Shown piece by piece: positions 29,030-38,453 of a DNA stretch of 64,000 bases. The notes under the pieces were generated by a model. The model ran no database searches, was not told where the DNA came from, and saw nothing but the letters and a program-made list of their open reading frames with translations. The position numbers and the translations under genes are program-made. Every line of letters begins with the position of its first letter. The stretch's first letter is position 1. Origin of the DNA: a virus; IMG/VR virus record IMGVR_UViG_3300037156_000058, positions 4,692-68,691 of that record; one strand, written 5' to 3'.

Positions 29030-29878
29030 TTAATACCCGCCGCCGTAATACCCAGCGTTACCTCCACGGCCTGAACGCGGTTGACGTGTGACGGTTACGC
29101 GCTGTTTCATGCGGACATCGCGATTGAACATCAATTTCGCGCCAGCCTCCGCAGCCTTCGACTGAGACTCCGAAGCTGCCGCCGCCTGCTCTGCCGCTTC
29201 CGCATCGTTCGACGGAGTTCTCGCAATTGAGTACTCGTGAACAATGCGCCATGCGAACGGTTCAAGACAGCGTGCCAACGGGCACGATTGTTGATACCAA
29301 CGTGTCGTGGCGCTATTCACGAAGTCCGCCAGGTACTGCACGTACAGAATCCGCAAATCCATCGACATAGAAGATCCGGGAAGGTAGATCGACGCATTAC
29401 GCCACTCCCACATGCCGTTGCACGTTGAAGACTTCGACTGCGACGGCATCCCGTCCAGATAACACTCCATCGGCGTATCGGGGAAAAACTGATTCTGATT
29501 CGTCCAGCGTTCCCAGACTTTCAGCGGGTGAACGAACGTGGACGGCAGCACCGGCGTGCTCTGATAATTCGTGCCGTCGAAGAATGTATTCCAGTTGATG
29601 AACTGCTGGGTGGAAGGGTCTTGGCTGGTCATCGCCGGAATGCCCGTGATGATGACTTCCTGCTTCAGGGGCGTGTAGCCCATGTCGGCAAGAGTTTCCT
29701 GCAGCCATCGCCACGCTGCGTTCGTGACCGTCTGGCTGAAGGCGTCTTCGGTGTCGAGAATCTTTCCGCCTGTCGCGACGATGGACTTCAGCTTGTCGTT
29801 GAGGCGGGTTCGCGCAAGGTTTAAGATCGAGATCAGCGGGTCGTTGATGGTGGAATTCGGCGGAATAATAGTCGGCAC
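29030..29878 (-). CDS. putative head-tail adaptor (paralog 2)
   Basis: ARTRLND...N.AWR.LQ..LA pattern; synteny. Confidence 0.6.
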   Translation of the reverse strand: MPTIIPPNSTINDPLISILNLARTRLNDKLKSIVATGGKILDTEDAFSQTVTNAAWRWLQETLADMGYTPLKQEVIITGIPAMTSQDPSTQQFINWNTFFDGTNYQSTPVLPSTFVHPLKVWERWTNQNQFFPDTPMECYLDGMPSQSKSSTCNGMWEWRNASIYLPGSSMSMDLRILYVQYLADFVNSATTRWYQQSCPLARCLEPFAWRIVHEYSIARTPSNDAEAAEQAAAASESQSKAAEAGAKLMFNRDVRMKQRVTVTRQPRSGRGGNAGYYGGGY

Positions 29879-29879
29879 G

Positions 29880-30782
29880 TTACTGCGCTCCCATCGGCTG
29901 CGCTCCAGGCGTCAAGCGATCCGGCATCTTCCCCACTTCACTCGCCTTGGCCAGCGCCCGTGCTGCCTGCAAATCCCGACCAGCAATCAAAGCAATCCCC
30001 GCATCGGCCTTCGCGCTGAACGAAGCTGCGTCGATATCGCCGCGAGAGCCAGCCATTTCCACGCAGATGAGATCCGCGAACGGGCTCAAGCATTGCACGA
30101 TCGGTACAGCCTGATTGGGACTCACCGAAATATCCGTGAAGTCAGCCAAATACGATCCGCCGCGGACTCGCAGATCCGTCAACCCCAAAGCACCGGGAAG
30201 GTAAATCTTGTTGTCTCGCCAGTCCCAGGAGAAATTCCACGAGTCCTGCGGAACGGCCGGCAGTCCGTTCAATACCTGATCCATATCGAGGAAACTCTGA
30301 TTGGGCGCATCGACAGGAAAGGGCGGTGCCAGAGCGACGATCTGGTCGATCTGGCTCTGAGTGTAGCCGTCATTCGCCAGCGCGTTCTCGAAGTCCTGTA
30401 GCGTCGTACTGGCTGGCGCCGCGATGTTGATTCGCTCCCAAAGAGTCAGCGGAGAAATGAACCACTGCGGACAGACGAAAGAAGTGTTGAGGGAGTTTCC
30501 GTCCCAATAGCCGGTCCAATCAAGCCACACCTGAGTTCCTGGGTCCGGAGGGGAGCCGAATACTGGAGGAAGTCCGGACAGAATGAATTCTTTCTCGAAC
30601 AGGAGGTAGCCGAGCCCCGCGAGTTTTCGCTGGAGAACGCGCCACGCGAGGTTCACAATGGGAAGCGTAAATGGCTGCGAGTCCATCAAAACTTCGCCGC
30701 CGAGAGACTGAATAGAATCGTTCAGACGAACGCGCGCTGCGTTGCAAACCGTTTCTATCGTATCGAGGGGGGCCGTTGGCAC
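29880..30782 (-). CDS. putative head-tail adaptor (paralog 1)
   Basis: Alignable by eye with 29030-29878. Confidence 0.6.
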   Translation of the reverse strand: MPTAPLDTIETVCNAARVRLNDSIQSLGGEVLMDSQPFTLPIVNLAWRVLQRKLAGLGYLLFEKEFILSGLPPVFGSPPDPGTQVWLDWTGYWDGNSLNTSFVCPQWFISPLTLWERINIAAPASTTLQDFENALANDGYTQSQIDQIVALAPPFPVDAPNQSFLDMDQVLNGLPAVPQDSWNFSWDWRDNKIYLPGALGLTDLRVRGGSYLADFTDISVSPNQAVPIVQCLSPFADLICVEMAGSRGDIDAASFSAKADAGIALIAGRDLQAARALAKASEVGKMPDRLTPGAQPMGAQ

Positions 30783-30800
30783 GTATTCAGTGTACTAAAC

Positions 30801-31160
30801 TCACGCTTCGATAATCGTCACACCGGGAGTATCGACGGGAGCTACGCCGCGCATGGGGTCGTAGTGGCTGATCTGAGCCCCGTTGCGGACCTGACGGGCC
30901 GTTAGATTGGACACAACCAAATCTTCCTTCTTCAGCAACTCCGGGTATTTCTCTATAGTTTCCGGCTTGACGATGCGGAATGATGGACGACGGGCGGCGC
31001 GAATCTGTGCTGCGATTACTTGGCACGCTGTTCTGGCAAGTTCCCCACCCGGCTCTGCTGGATCGATGGCTGCGAGTGATGCGTCCGCTATTTTTGCCGT
31101 GCGTTCTCGCTCCAGGAGAATTTGACGGGTTACCTCGTCACGGAAAACTTTCAGTGTGAT
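30801..31160 (-). CDS. 119-aa hypothetical protein with probable non-canonical (ATC) start
   Basis: Open frame fills the gap exactly; GAGGG 7 nt before ATC; no ATG/GTG/TTG near the 5' end. Confidence 0.5.
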   Translation of the reverse strand: MTLKVFRDEVTRQILLERERTAKIADASLAAIDPAEPGGELARTACQVIAAQIRAARRPSFRIVKPETIEKYPELLKKEDLVVSNLTARQVRNGAQISHYDPMRGVAPVDTPGVTIIEA

Positions 31161-31170
31161 AGGCCTACCC

Positions 31171-32082
31171 TCAGTTCTTCTTTGCCGCTTTCAGACGTTC
31201 GTTCTCCGCGCGGGCTCGGTCCAGTTCGATCTCGTCCGCAGACTTGACGGGCGGCGCGGCCTGAGCCATGGGAGCCGGAACCGCAGGAGCCACAGCCACC
31301 GCAACGCCAAACTTCTGGTTATACAACTCCCGATCGATGACCATGTTGCACTTCTGGCAGGTCGGATACTTCGGATTCCGCTGTTCGCCGCAGTTGTCGC
31401 AGGGAATCGTCTCAGCCTTCGGAGGAGCGACCTTCGCCTTGAACCACGGCACTCCGGTTTGTCCGGTCAGTTCCGCTGCGAGGTAGTGCTTGCTACCCAC
31501 GCGAGATTTGAACTCCGCATCGTTGCCCGTCCCCCAGGCTCCGTTCGCTTCGAGCACGAGATCGTACAGGTACTGATTTACGGCTGCCTGAGCTTCCAGA
31601 ATCTCTTCGTGAAGTGGAGTGGCTCCAGCGGGGCCACGAACAGAACCGATGAACAGTCCAGTCTTGCGCCGCGACTCTCCGGAATAGTTACGGAGATCCG
31701 GACCTTCACCGAGAATCTCCTGAGCGATGTAGTTGCCGCTGATATCTTCCGCTTCAAACTTGTCCTCGCCGGGAATCGTCTCCATGAATATGCCAGGAAC
31801 TTCGCAGACGTAGACGTAATCGACACCCTTCGGGCACGCTGGGATCTGGACCTGTCCCCAACTTCCGAGGAATACGTGCGGGTCGTTGAACGGCCCGACG
31901 TTGAAAATGTGGACGGCCTTGGCCTTGGAGATTTCCTCAATCTCGTTGAGCCGGCGCGGCAGGCGACGGCCTTTGTTCATTTTCTCCTGATAGACTTTCG
32001 CCGACCGTGCGGCTGCGTCCGTCATCGACTGGTCCCACTTCACGCCGCCCATTTGCTCTACTTTTGGATGAATCTGGATCAA
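31171..32082 (-). CDS. hypothetical protein with zinc ribbon
   Basis: CDNC...CQKC; GGAG RBS and TTG start. Confidence 0.75.
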   Translation of the reverse strand: MIQIHPKVEQMGGVKWDQSMTDAAARSAKVYQEKMNKGRRLPRRLNEIEEISKAKAVHIFNVGPFNDPHVFLGSWGQVQIPACPKGVDYVYVCEVPGIFMETIPGEDKFEAEDISGNYIAQEILGEGPDLRNYSGESRRKTGLFIGSVRGPAGATPLHEEILEAQAAVNQYLYDLVLEANGAWGTGNDAEFKSRVGSKHYLAAELTGQTGVPWFKAKVAPPKAETIPCDNCGEQRNPKYPTCQKCNMVIDRELYNQKFGVAVAVAPAVPAPMAQAAPPVKSADEIELDRARAENERLKAAKKN

Positions 32083-32109
32083 AATTATTCTCCTGTTTTT
32101 GTTGCGGGA

Positions 32110-32805
32110 CTACGCCACCTTAACCGGCACAGAAAAAGCCCGGCGCCGCTTACCGCCAAACAATTTATGCGAGCCAGTCAGCGGGATATCCGACTTGGCA
32201 GCGCCGCCCATCGGCAACCCCAGTTCATTCGCAGACTTGATAATCGGAGCCGTCTTCGTCCCACGACCGGGCGCATGTCCGCCGCCGACCATCGGAGCCG
32301 TTCCGTAAGCCGGGAGCACGTTCCTGATACGCGCCTCAATCTCGTTATTCTTGTCCTTCTCTTCAGCCGCGTACTGCGCCTGGCAGGCATCGAGATTGTC
32401 CTGAAACGAACCCTCGCGTCCAGCGAGAATCCACTTCACGAGTTTGTCCACGCTGGAGTTCGCCGGGTCCGATGCCTCAAAAGTGTGGCAGTGGTCGTAA
32501 TCGCCGCGATCCTGAAACGGAATAGACGGGAAACGTAAGTCCCACTGTTCCCGTGTGAGACCAGCGTGGTACAGAGACGCCGGCAGCCAACCCTCCATAA
32601 TCCAGAATCCAGCGAGTTGCCGATACCGCGGGCGCCACTTCCCACCCACTGAGCCGTCTACCCACTGTCCCGTGACCATGTGCTTGCGGGAGTCGGCAAA
32701 CACGATTCGGAATTTCGGTTCGCCGTAGAGGTTCACGCCGTAGCGTTTCATTGCTTCGGGGCCGAAGCCGGGGGCGTGGGTTAGGGTTGGGGGAGTTTCA
32801 AGCAT
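32110..32805 (-). CDS. hypothetical late protein
   Basis: 231-aa ORF in the late operon. Confidence 0.75.
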   Translation of the reverse strand: MLETPPTLTHAPGFGPEAMKRYGVNLYGEPKFRIVFADSRKHMVTGQWVDGSVGGKWRPRYRQLAGFWIMEGWLPASLYHAGLTREQWDLRFPSIPFQDRGDYDHCHTFEASDPANSSVDKLVKWILAGREGSFQDNLDACQAQYAAEEKDKNNEIEARIRNVLPAYGTAPMVGGGHAPGRGTKTAPIIKSANELGLPMGGAAKSDIPLTGSHKLFGGKRRRAFSVPVKVA

Positions 32806-33016
32806 GGGGACGCAGCGTGTCGTAATCGTTGATAGGACTGACGCGACCCTTATCGTTATCCCGGAACCAATTCCTCAACCGGGTCGCAGCCGGGTAACGA
32901 TCCACCGCGGGCCGCACATCCCCCGCCATCCCCTGATCGCCGGGAAGGGAAACGTCGTCGTTGTCGGTCATGCGGTAGCCATGCATGTCTGACATAATAG
33001 CACGGGTTGGGGTCAT
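32798..33016 (-). CDS. hypothetical protein
   Basis: ATGA overlap with the endonuclease stop. Confidence 0.45.
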   Translation of the reverse strand: MTPTRAIMSDMHGYRMTDNDDVSLPGDQGMAGDVRPAVDRYPAATRLRNWFRDNDKGRVSPINDYDTLRPHA

Positions 33017-34026
33017 CGGGTCACCGTGATTTTGGGTTCGGCAAGGAAGGTGTCTACCTTGAAATCCACGCCTGGACGGAACTGAGGTGCTGTCGTCGTG
33101 TCGAAAACTACGTCCTCCGCCCTGGGTTCGTGGTTGGGCGGGAGATCGGGATTCTTCGCAAGCCAATCAGCCTTGGATTTGCGGTCGCTGCCGTAACGCT
33201 CTAAATACCTGAGCGCGTTCAATGCCCATCCGTCAACGTACTCGACCGGGTGCAAAGCGGTATTGCACTTGGCGCACAACAGACCGCGCGCCTCTCCTGT
33301 CTCATGATCGTGGTCGATTACGAGGTACAGGCGCTCTCCAACGATTGCGTTTGGCGGTAGTTTTCTCCCATCGGTGGTTGCTGGACACAATGCACAGTGG
33401 CCACCCTGTTCCGCCAGTTTAGCGTCGTACCAGGCTGGAGTCACCTTGTACTTTTTCATCATCCAAGAAGCACGTACCGAGTCTCTGTTTTCTACGCGCC
33501 ATCCGCTTATCCATTCAGCGAACTCCGCTTTTTCTTCGGGTGTTTGCGCGTCCCTGCGGTCTTGCATTTTAGATCCGACGCAAAGTTTGCATTTTCCGTG
33601 AGTTTGATCCCCAGCAAATTGCGTGACTGGCACGAAAGATTTGCACTTTCCCGCGCACCACTTCAACCCATTGGATTCGGCATCGCGAACCATTTCAATC
33701 GTTATGCCGCGCTTTGCCAGTCTGGGATGTACTTGGTTTGCCCGCGCCTGTCGAAGCAATTCTTTGGCTTCTTCGGTATGGTGCTGACCGTTGCGGGTTC
33801 CTGGTTGCCCAGTGTGGGCGAGCCGCATCTTTTCAATAGTCTCTGGACTGAAAATGCGCCCCTTCATCTTGAGGCTCATAGCGGCCCGCGACTCGGCAGA
33901 CCTGACCCGCCCCGTAGACGCTAACGCTTTCTTTTGCCGCGTCTCCTCGCTGTCTTTCCAGCCCGTTCGTGCGGCGCTTAACCGCGCCTTTTGTTCTTCG
34001 GTAAAATGCTGTCCTTTTGGTGGCAT
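33013..34026 (-). CDS. NUMOD3 + endonuclease VII-family homing endonuclease-like protein
   Basis: HFTEEQKARLS-type repeats; CALC...IDHDHETG.ARGLLCAKCN. Confidence 0.85.
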   Translation of the reverse strand: MPPKGQHFTEEQKARLSAARTGWKDSEETRQKKALASTGRVRSAESRAAMSLKMKGRIFSPETIEKMRLAHTGQPGTRNGQHHTEEAKELLRQARANQVHPRLAKRGITIEMVRDAESNGLKWCAGKCKSFVPVTQFAGDQTHGKCKLCVGSKMQDRRDAQTPEEKAEFAEWISGWRVENRDSVRASWMMKKYKVTPAWYDAKLAEQGGHCALCPATTDGRKLPPNAIVGERLYLVIDHDHETGEARGLLCAKCNTALHPVEYVDGWALNALRYLERYGSDRKSKADWLAKNPDLPPNHEPRAEDVVFDTTTAPQFRPGVDFKVDTFLAEPKITVTR

Positions 34027-34064
34027 ACCATCAGTATACCACCAAAAGGATACTTCGAATCGCC

Positions 34065-35333
34065 CTAGTGATTAAAATAGCCCTTGGGGATTGTGATATT
34101 TGATAACACACCGCCGCTTCGGGCGTTCGAGTTGCCCACCTGGACCATCTGGACGAGGTACATCAACATCGAAGAAGCTACGCCACCACTGATCCCGTAA
34201 GCGGGGAAAATGGTCTGACCCGAAACCTCATAATAATCGAGAGGCTTCGTTTCAATGCGGAACCAATTCTTCAGACTGACGTAATCGATCAGGCCTGGAA
34301 TTGCGCGCTCATTGTAGAGAGCTTCGCGTCCACCGATCTGTGTGGGAGCGCGCTTCTTCAACATATCTTCGGACGAGTCGCCCTTGATCTGCTGATAGAT
34401 GTTCGCTGTCACCAGAAGCCCGACATTTTCCCACGCAGCCCGCATATCCACGTTGCAATGCGGGGTCAGGTCGAGCGCGTCGGCTTCGTCGATACCGATC
34501 GCCAGTTCGATGTTCGCTTCGAGCGCGCGAACGATTGCGGGGGTGAGCGATCCGTTCACGGCCACTGTGCTGGTCGAGAACTTGCCGGGAAAGGCCGAGC
34601 GCTGGATACCCATGAAACTGCCAGCGTTGCCGCCGACCTGGTAGGCACGGAGGCCGGCCAGTCCGGAGTTAGCTACGCCAGCGGAACCGGAGATCAGGAG
34701 CAGAGTGCCAGTTGCGAACCCGACAGGAACCGGGCCGGTCAGCCAGATCGTGTTGTTGCCGATGTCCACGGAGTCAATGGTCACGGTAGCGATGAAGCCC
34801 GCGGCGCCGGTCAGAGCGCTGTAGCCGTCGAGATCCTGATTGTCCTGGAACAGATTGGCATTGTTGACGACGAGCCCGTTGGTCGTGGTGCTGACCACGG
34901 TATCGAGCGTGTTGCTGCCGTTGCCCTGGAACGCAGCGTCCATGTACCCGGCGAAAGTCTTGGTCGCCTGAGTCTGAACCAGCGTGACATAGGCCTTGAT
35001 TGCCTGTTCGTCAGTCGCGGTAGCCCATTCGGCGAGCGCGGAATACTGGCTGCACTGGAGGAAACTCGTGCACGAGAGATACCCATTGGTTTCCATGGGG
35101 CCGCTGCCGAGGTTCATGTCTCCGCCGTTGAAGTTATCGGCGTTCGCGCGGAATTTCGCGCCGGAGAGCGGCAGGAAGGGGATTCTTGCGGGACGGTTGG
35201 AAACGGGACGGACATCGGTGCGTACACCGATCTTCGACCATAAACGTGAGGCGAGCATGAAAAGGACGGGAAGCTCATCGCGACACCATTCAAGTTGACT
35301 AGCTATCGAGTTTTGGACTCCGGCTGCGGGCAT
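34065..35333 (-). CDS. major capsid protein
   Basis: 422 aa, AGGAG RBS; follows portal and scaffold-like genes; GLAGL-type motif. Called mainly on synteny. Confidence 0.75.
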   Translation of the reverse strand: MPAAGVQNSIASQLEWCRDELPVLFMLASRLWSKIGVRTDVRPVSNRPARIPFLPLSGAKFRANADNFNGGDMNLGSGPMETNGYLSCTSFLQCSQYSALAEWATATDEQAIKAYVTLVQTQATKTFAGYMDAAFQGNGSNTLDTVVSTTTNGLVVNNANLFQDNQDLDGYSALTGAAGFIATVTIDSVDIGNNTIWLTGPVPVGFATGTLLLISGSAGVANSGLAGLRAYQVGGNAGSFMGIQRSAFPGKFSTSTVAVNGSLTPAIVRALEANIELAIGIDEADALDLTPHCNVDMRAAWENVGLLVTANIYQQIKGDSSEDMLKKRAPTQIGGREALYNERAIPGLIDYVSLKNWFRIETKPLDYYEVSGQTIFPAYGISGGVASSMLMYLVQMVQVGNSNARSGGVLSNITIPKGYFNH

Positions 35334-35533
35334 ATAAAGACACTCCTGGGTTTGAATTTTGGAATTGTCTTCAATCGCTATGCGCCCCTTTTGCCTGAGT
35401 CGGCTAGCCGTGGGGTACTGCTATTGGCGTGGCATGTGATGAAGCTACTACAAATCAAAACCGAGTGGCTTTACGTCCGCTTAGGGGTGTCGGACTCCCT
35501 CCTCAATTTCTGAAGAACAGTTTACCACTGTTG

Positions 35534-36052
35534 TCAGTGGCTTGTGAATGCGCCGTGGAATTCCGCGCGTTTCTTGACCACAACCGCGTGTGCTTCTTCT
35601 TTCGTGTCGAAGAACCCGAAACTGATCTTCTTGCCCTTTACATGGAGCGTGGCTCTCCATTTGTTGCGGTCGGGAGACACACCTTTATAGCCAGACGTGT
35701 TCGTGATCGGCATCTTTCGATTACGCGCGTTCTCTTCGTCCGACGCCTTGCGGAGATTGTCTCGTCGATTATCGAGCGTATCGCGGTTTGCGTGATCGAC
35801 CTTCACAGATGGATTGCCTTTGATTTGGCGGTGCATCCCCTGCGGACGCTTGCGGGGATGGTCGAGCCCAGTGAAAACCTTCCGGGAAGCATAGAACGAC
35901 TTCGTATTCGGTGCCCAGATAGCGTGCCACTTCCATCTGGAAAGGCGGTGAAAGTCTCGGGGATCGACCTTGACAAACTGGCCTTGGGTGAGAGGAATAA
36001 GGCAGTACTTGCCGTGTTCGTCGGTGTAAACTGTAGGTACGGGCTGGGTCAT
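35534..36052 (-). CDS. HNH-AP2 homing endonuclease
   Basis: VDHANRDTLDNRRDNLR and NTSGYKGV...W.A...G.F.T.EEA. Confidence 0.9.
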   Translation of the reverse strand: MTQPVPTVYTDEHGKYCLIPLTQGQFVKVDPRDFHRLSRWKWHAIWAPNTKSFYASRKVFTGLDHPRKRPQGMHRQIKGNPSVKVDHANRDTLDNRRDNLRKASDEENARNRKMPITNTSGYKGVSPDRNKWRATLHVKGKKISFGFFDTKEEAHAVVVKKRAEFHGAFTSH

Positions 36053-36121
36053 CTGTTACCTCAGATTCAAGATTGCCGCGTTACGAGCGCGGTGAACTAC
36101 TCAGCCTCTATTTTACCACTT

Positions 36122-37513
36122 CTAACGCGGAAACTTAACCTTCCGCCCATCCTTCAAAACAGCCTGGCCGTTGGAGTAGGCGTTCGGACCCAGGTTGCGA
36201 GTGCGGTCGAAGTCGATCTCCGCGATACCGGGCTTCACGGTGAGATTCTTCCATCCCGCTTCGGCGATGGGCGCTTTGACCGGGACACCGTTCTCACTCT
36301 GGCGCACACCGGGTGCGGCCGCGGCAGGTTTCTTGCCAGCCTTAGCGGGGGCGAAGTGATCGACAACCGACGCCAAAGTCTTCGGCGCTTCTTCGCGGAA
36401 CAGAGCCCGAATCGCGTTTTGGTATCCGGCCTTGTCGCCAGCCTTGAAAAATTTCGCCGCGTTCTGGCCCTTTGCCGCCACGACCTTATCAAAACGTGAA
36501 GCGAACAGTTCCTTGATGGCGGCTTCAGTCGTCGAGTTGAATCCGCGTTCAGTGCGAAGTTTGGTGAGCGCGGGGCCCACCACACCAGTCAGTTCTGATT
36601 TCCACGTCAGGCCGTATTCCTGATTTTTAACGGATTGCTCGCGTTGAGTCAGTGCCGTTTCCCGGCCATCGTCTCTCGCCGGCGCATCCTGCACGCCCTC
36701 AATCTTCGGTGCCGCAACCTGCTTGCCAGCTTTCTCAACCACCGGGTTGAACGTGCCCGCAACCGTCTGGCTCCAGCGGTCCAGCACTTCATTCTTCTCA
36801 GGAGAATCCGGTATCCGGTCGATGAAATATTTCATCTCGCGGAGGGTAGTGCCGAGTCCGGACTGATCGAACTGCGCCTTCATCTTGCCAGCCAGATAGG
36901 AATCGAATCCTTCCGGGTGCATGGAAGCATACTTTTCGATCATCGCGGGAGCAACCTTCAGGAATGACGCCTTGCCTTCCGGGGACGCGACGAGAGCTTC
37001 GATGAAACGCGGATCGCCCGCCGTGAACTGCTGGTCGATATCGTTGAAGTAGGCCAGGTCTTCTTTGGTCTTCGCAACGCCGTCCGCGCCGCCCAGTTCA
37101 TTGATCGTCGCTTCGTATCCGGCGATCTTCGCTTTCACGTCCTGAACGCTGCCGAATTCGCGGGCGAATACGTCCTGCCGGATCAGCGCATTGCGAATCT
37201 GTTTTTCGAGCGCGGGCGACTTCGCTTTGATTTCGTCGAGAACGGCTTTCGCGGCCGGATTGATCTTGCCGTTTTCAATCGCGCGGCCTTTGAACGGTTC
37301 GCCAGTGGCTGCGGTGTCTTCGACTGGTGCCGCTTCGTCCGTGGTCGTGTCGTCGGTCGTTCCAGTTGCATCGTCTACAGCGCCTTCGTCTGCGCCCGTA
37401 TCAGTCCCGGTGTCGATGGTCGAGTCCATCACCCCGGACATATCGCCGCCACCGCCCCCCATATCAATACCGGCAGATCCCATCAGTGGGGTGGATGGCA
37501 AGAAAAATCCCAT
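36122..37513 (-). CDS. putative capsid scaffolding protein
   Basis: Acidic disordered N-terminus and helical body; between portal and capsid. Confidence 0.65.
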   Translation of the reverse strand: MGFFLPSTPLMGSAGIDMGGGGGDMSGVMDSTIDTGTDTGADEGAVDDATGTTDDTTTDEAAPVEDTAATGEPFKGRAIENGKINPAAKAVLDEIKAKSPALEKQIRNALIRQDVFAREFGSVQDVKAKIAGYEATINELGGADGVAKTKEDLAYFNDIDQQFTAGDPRFIEALVASPEGKASFLKVAPAMIEKYASMHPEGFDSYLAGKMKAQFDQSGLGTTLREMKYFIDRIPDSPEKNEVLDRWSQTVAGTFNPVVEKAGKQVAAPKIEGVQDAPARDDGRETALTQREQSVKNQEYGLTWKSELTGVVGPALTKLRTERGFNSTTEAAIKELFASRFDKVVAAKGQNAAKFFKAGDKAGYQNAIRALFREEAPKTLASVVDHFAPAKAGKKPAAAAPGVRQSENGVPVKAPIAEAGWKNLTVKPGIAEIDFDRTRNLGPNAYSNGQAVLKDGRKVKFPR

Positions 37514-37540
37514 GTGGTTAGTTTACCTTATTCCTGACAG

Positions 37541-38251
37541 TTATGACAGCGATGATCCGCTGCGCGGTTGAATGCTGAAATAATCTTCCGGCCACGGCAT
37601 TTCTTCTTCCCACTTCTTTTTAAGTTGCGCCCGTGACGGGAAATCGTTTGGTAATGGACGCAGGCGATTGTTCGTGTTTGGGTCAAGTCCAGCCTGAATC
37701 ATAGCTTCGTCGGTCCCGCCAAACCTGGACTCAATAGCCCCGAGGCTCAACTGGTCGCATTCCCGGATGTCTTGGTGCGTAGGAGTATGTCCGATGGTCG
37801 CAGCCAAAACCTGAATACGGAAAAGCATCTGAGCCGTGCACCGCGCCTTGAGATTGTGGTTTTCAACGACGCGGGGAGTTACCGACTTGCCTGTCCTGGC
37901 TATAGTGGAACGCTTTACGGCCTCTCTGGCCTCGCGGGACTGAACACCACGACCGGGACCGCCGTGTTGTTTTGCTACGACCCGATGTTTGGCCCTAGTC
38001 CCCAGGCTGGATATCGGACTAGACGGACGCAATCCGTGAAGTCGATTGTATTCCGCCTTATTGATGGAGTGCTTTGCTCTGATGTGATTGCCGAGTCCCT
38101 TGAGCCATGCGCCGCACTCATGGCATTTGGTTTGGTCCAACGCTTCGTCGTACTCAATCGCGCCGAGCAAGGATTGTCCACTCTGCATAAATGGGGCTTT
38201 TTCGGCGATAGGGAAGGGGTGTCCGTGAATCAAAACGTGTGACGCTTGCAT
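37541..38251 (-). CDS. MucR/ROS-like zinc finger + homing-endonuclease-associated repeat protein
   Basis: CHECG...L..HI...H......Y...HGL; TPT...RFGG...A...AGL. Confidence 0.6.
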   Translation of the reverse strand: MQASHVLIHGHPFPIAEKAPFMQSGQSLLGAIEYDEALDQTKCHECGAWLKGLGNHIRAKHSINKAEYNRLHGLRPSSPISSLGTRAKHRVVAKQHGGPGRGVQSREAREAVKRSTIARTGKSVTPRVVENHNLKARCTAQMLFRIQVLAATIGHTPTHQDIRECDQLSLGAIESRFGGTDEAMIQAGLDPNTNNRLRPLPNDFPSRAQLKKKWEEEMPWPEDYFSIQPRSGSSLS

Positions 38252-38258
38252 ACACAGC

Positions 38259-38453
38259 CTACTTTAACACATAAATATATGCGCGACGGCGGCCAACCGA
38301 TATATCGCCAACAATACGTGTTTCGCCGCGCCTCTTGAGTTCCGTCATCCATGCGGCAGCGCGCGGGAAAGTCCAGTTCAGCGTGGCAGACAGTTCAGAC
38401 GACGTAGCTGGACCCTCCCGCAAGACAGCGCGTACTTGGTCGCCCTTCGACAT
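38259..38453 (-). CDS. small winged-helix protein
   Basis: GPATSSELSATL...L.R.G...YIY. Confidence 0.6.
   Translation of the reverse strand: MSKGDQVRAVLREGPATSSELSATLNWTFPRAAAWMTELKRRGETRIVGDISVGRRRAYIYVLK

Noticed and set aside
31156-32538. Long + strand ORFs (460 aa here; also 35429-36499, 34458-35243, and 54409-55311 on minus)
   Set aside because: Antisense shadows of well-supported genes, without motifs or RBS.
33013-36052. Group I introns or inteins around the capsid gene
   Set aside because: Capsid, scaffold, portal and terL ORFs are continuous, and the endonucleases lie between genes.
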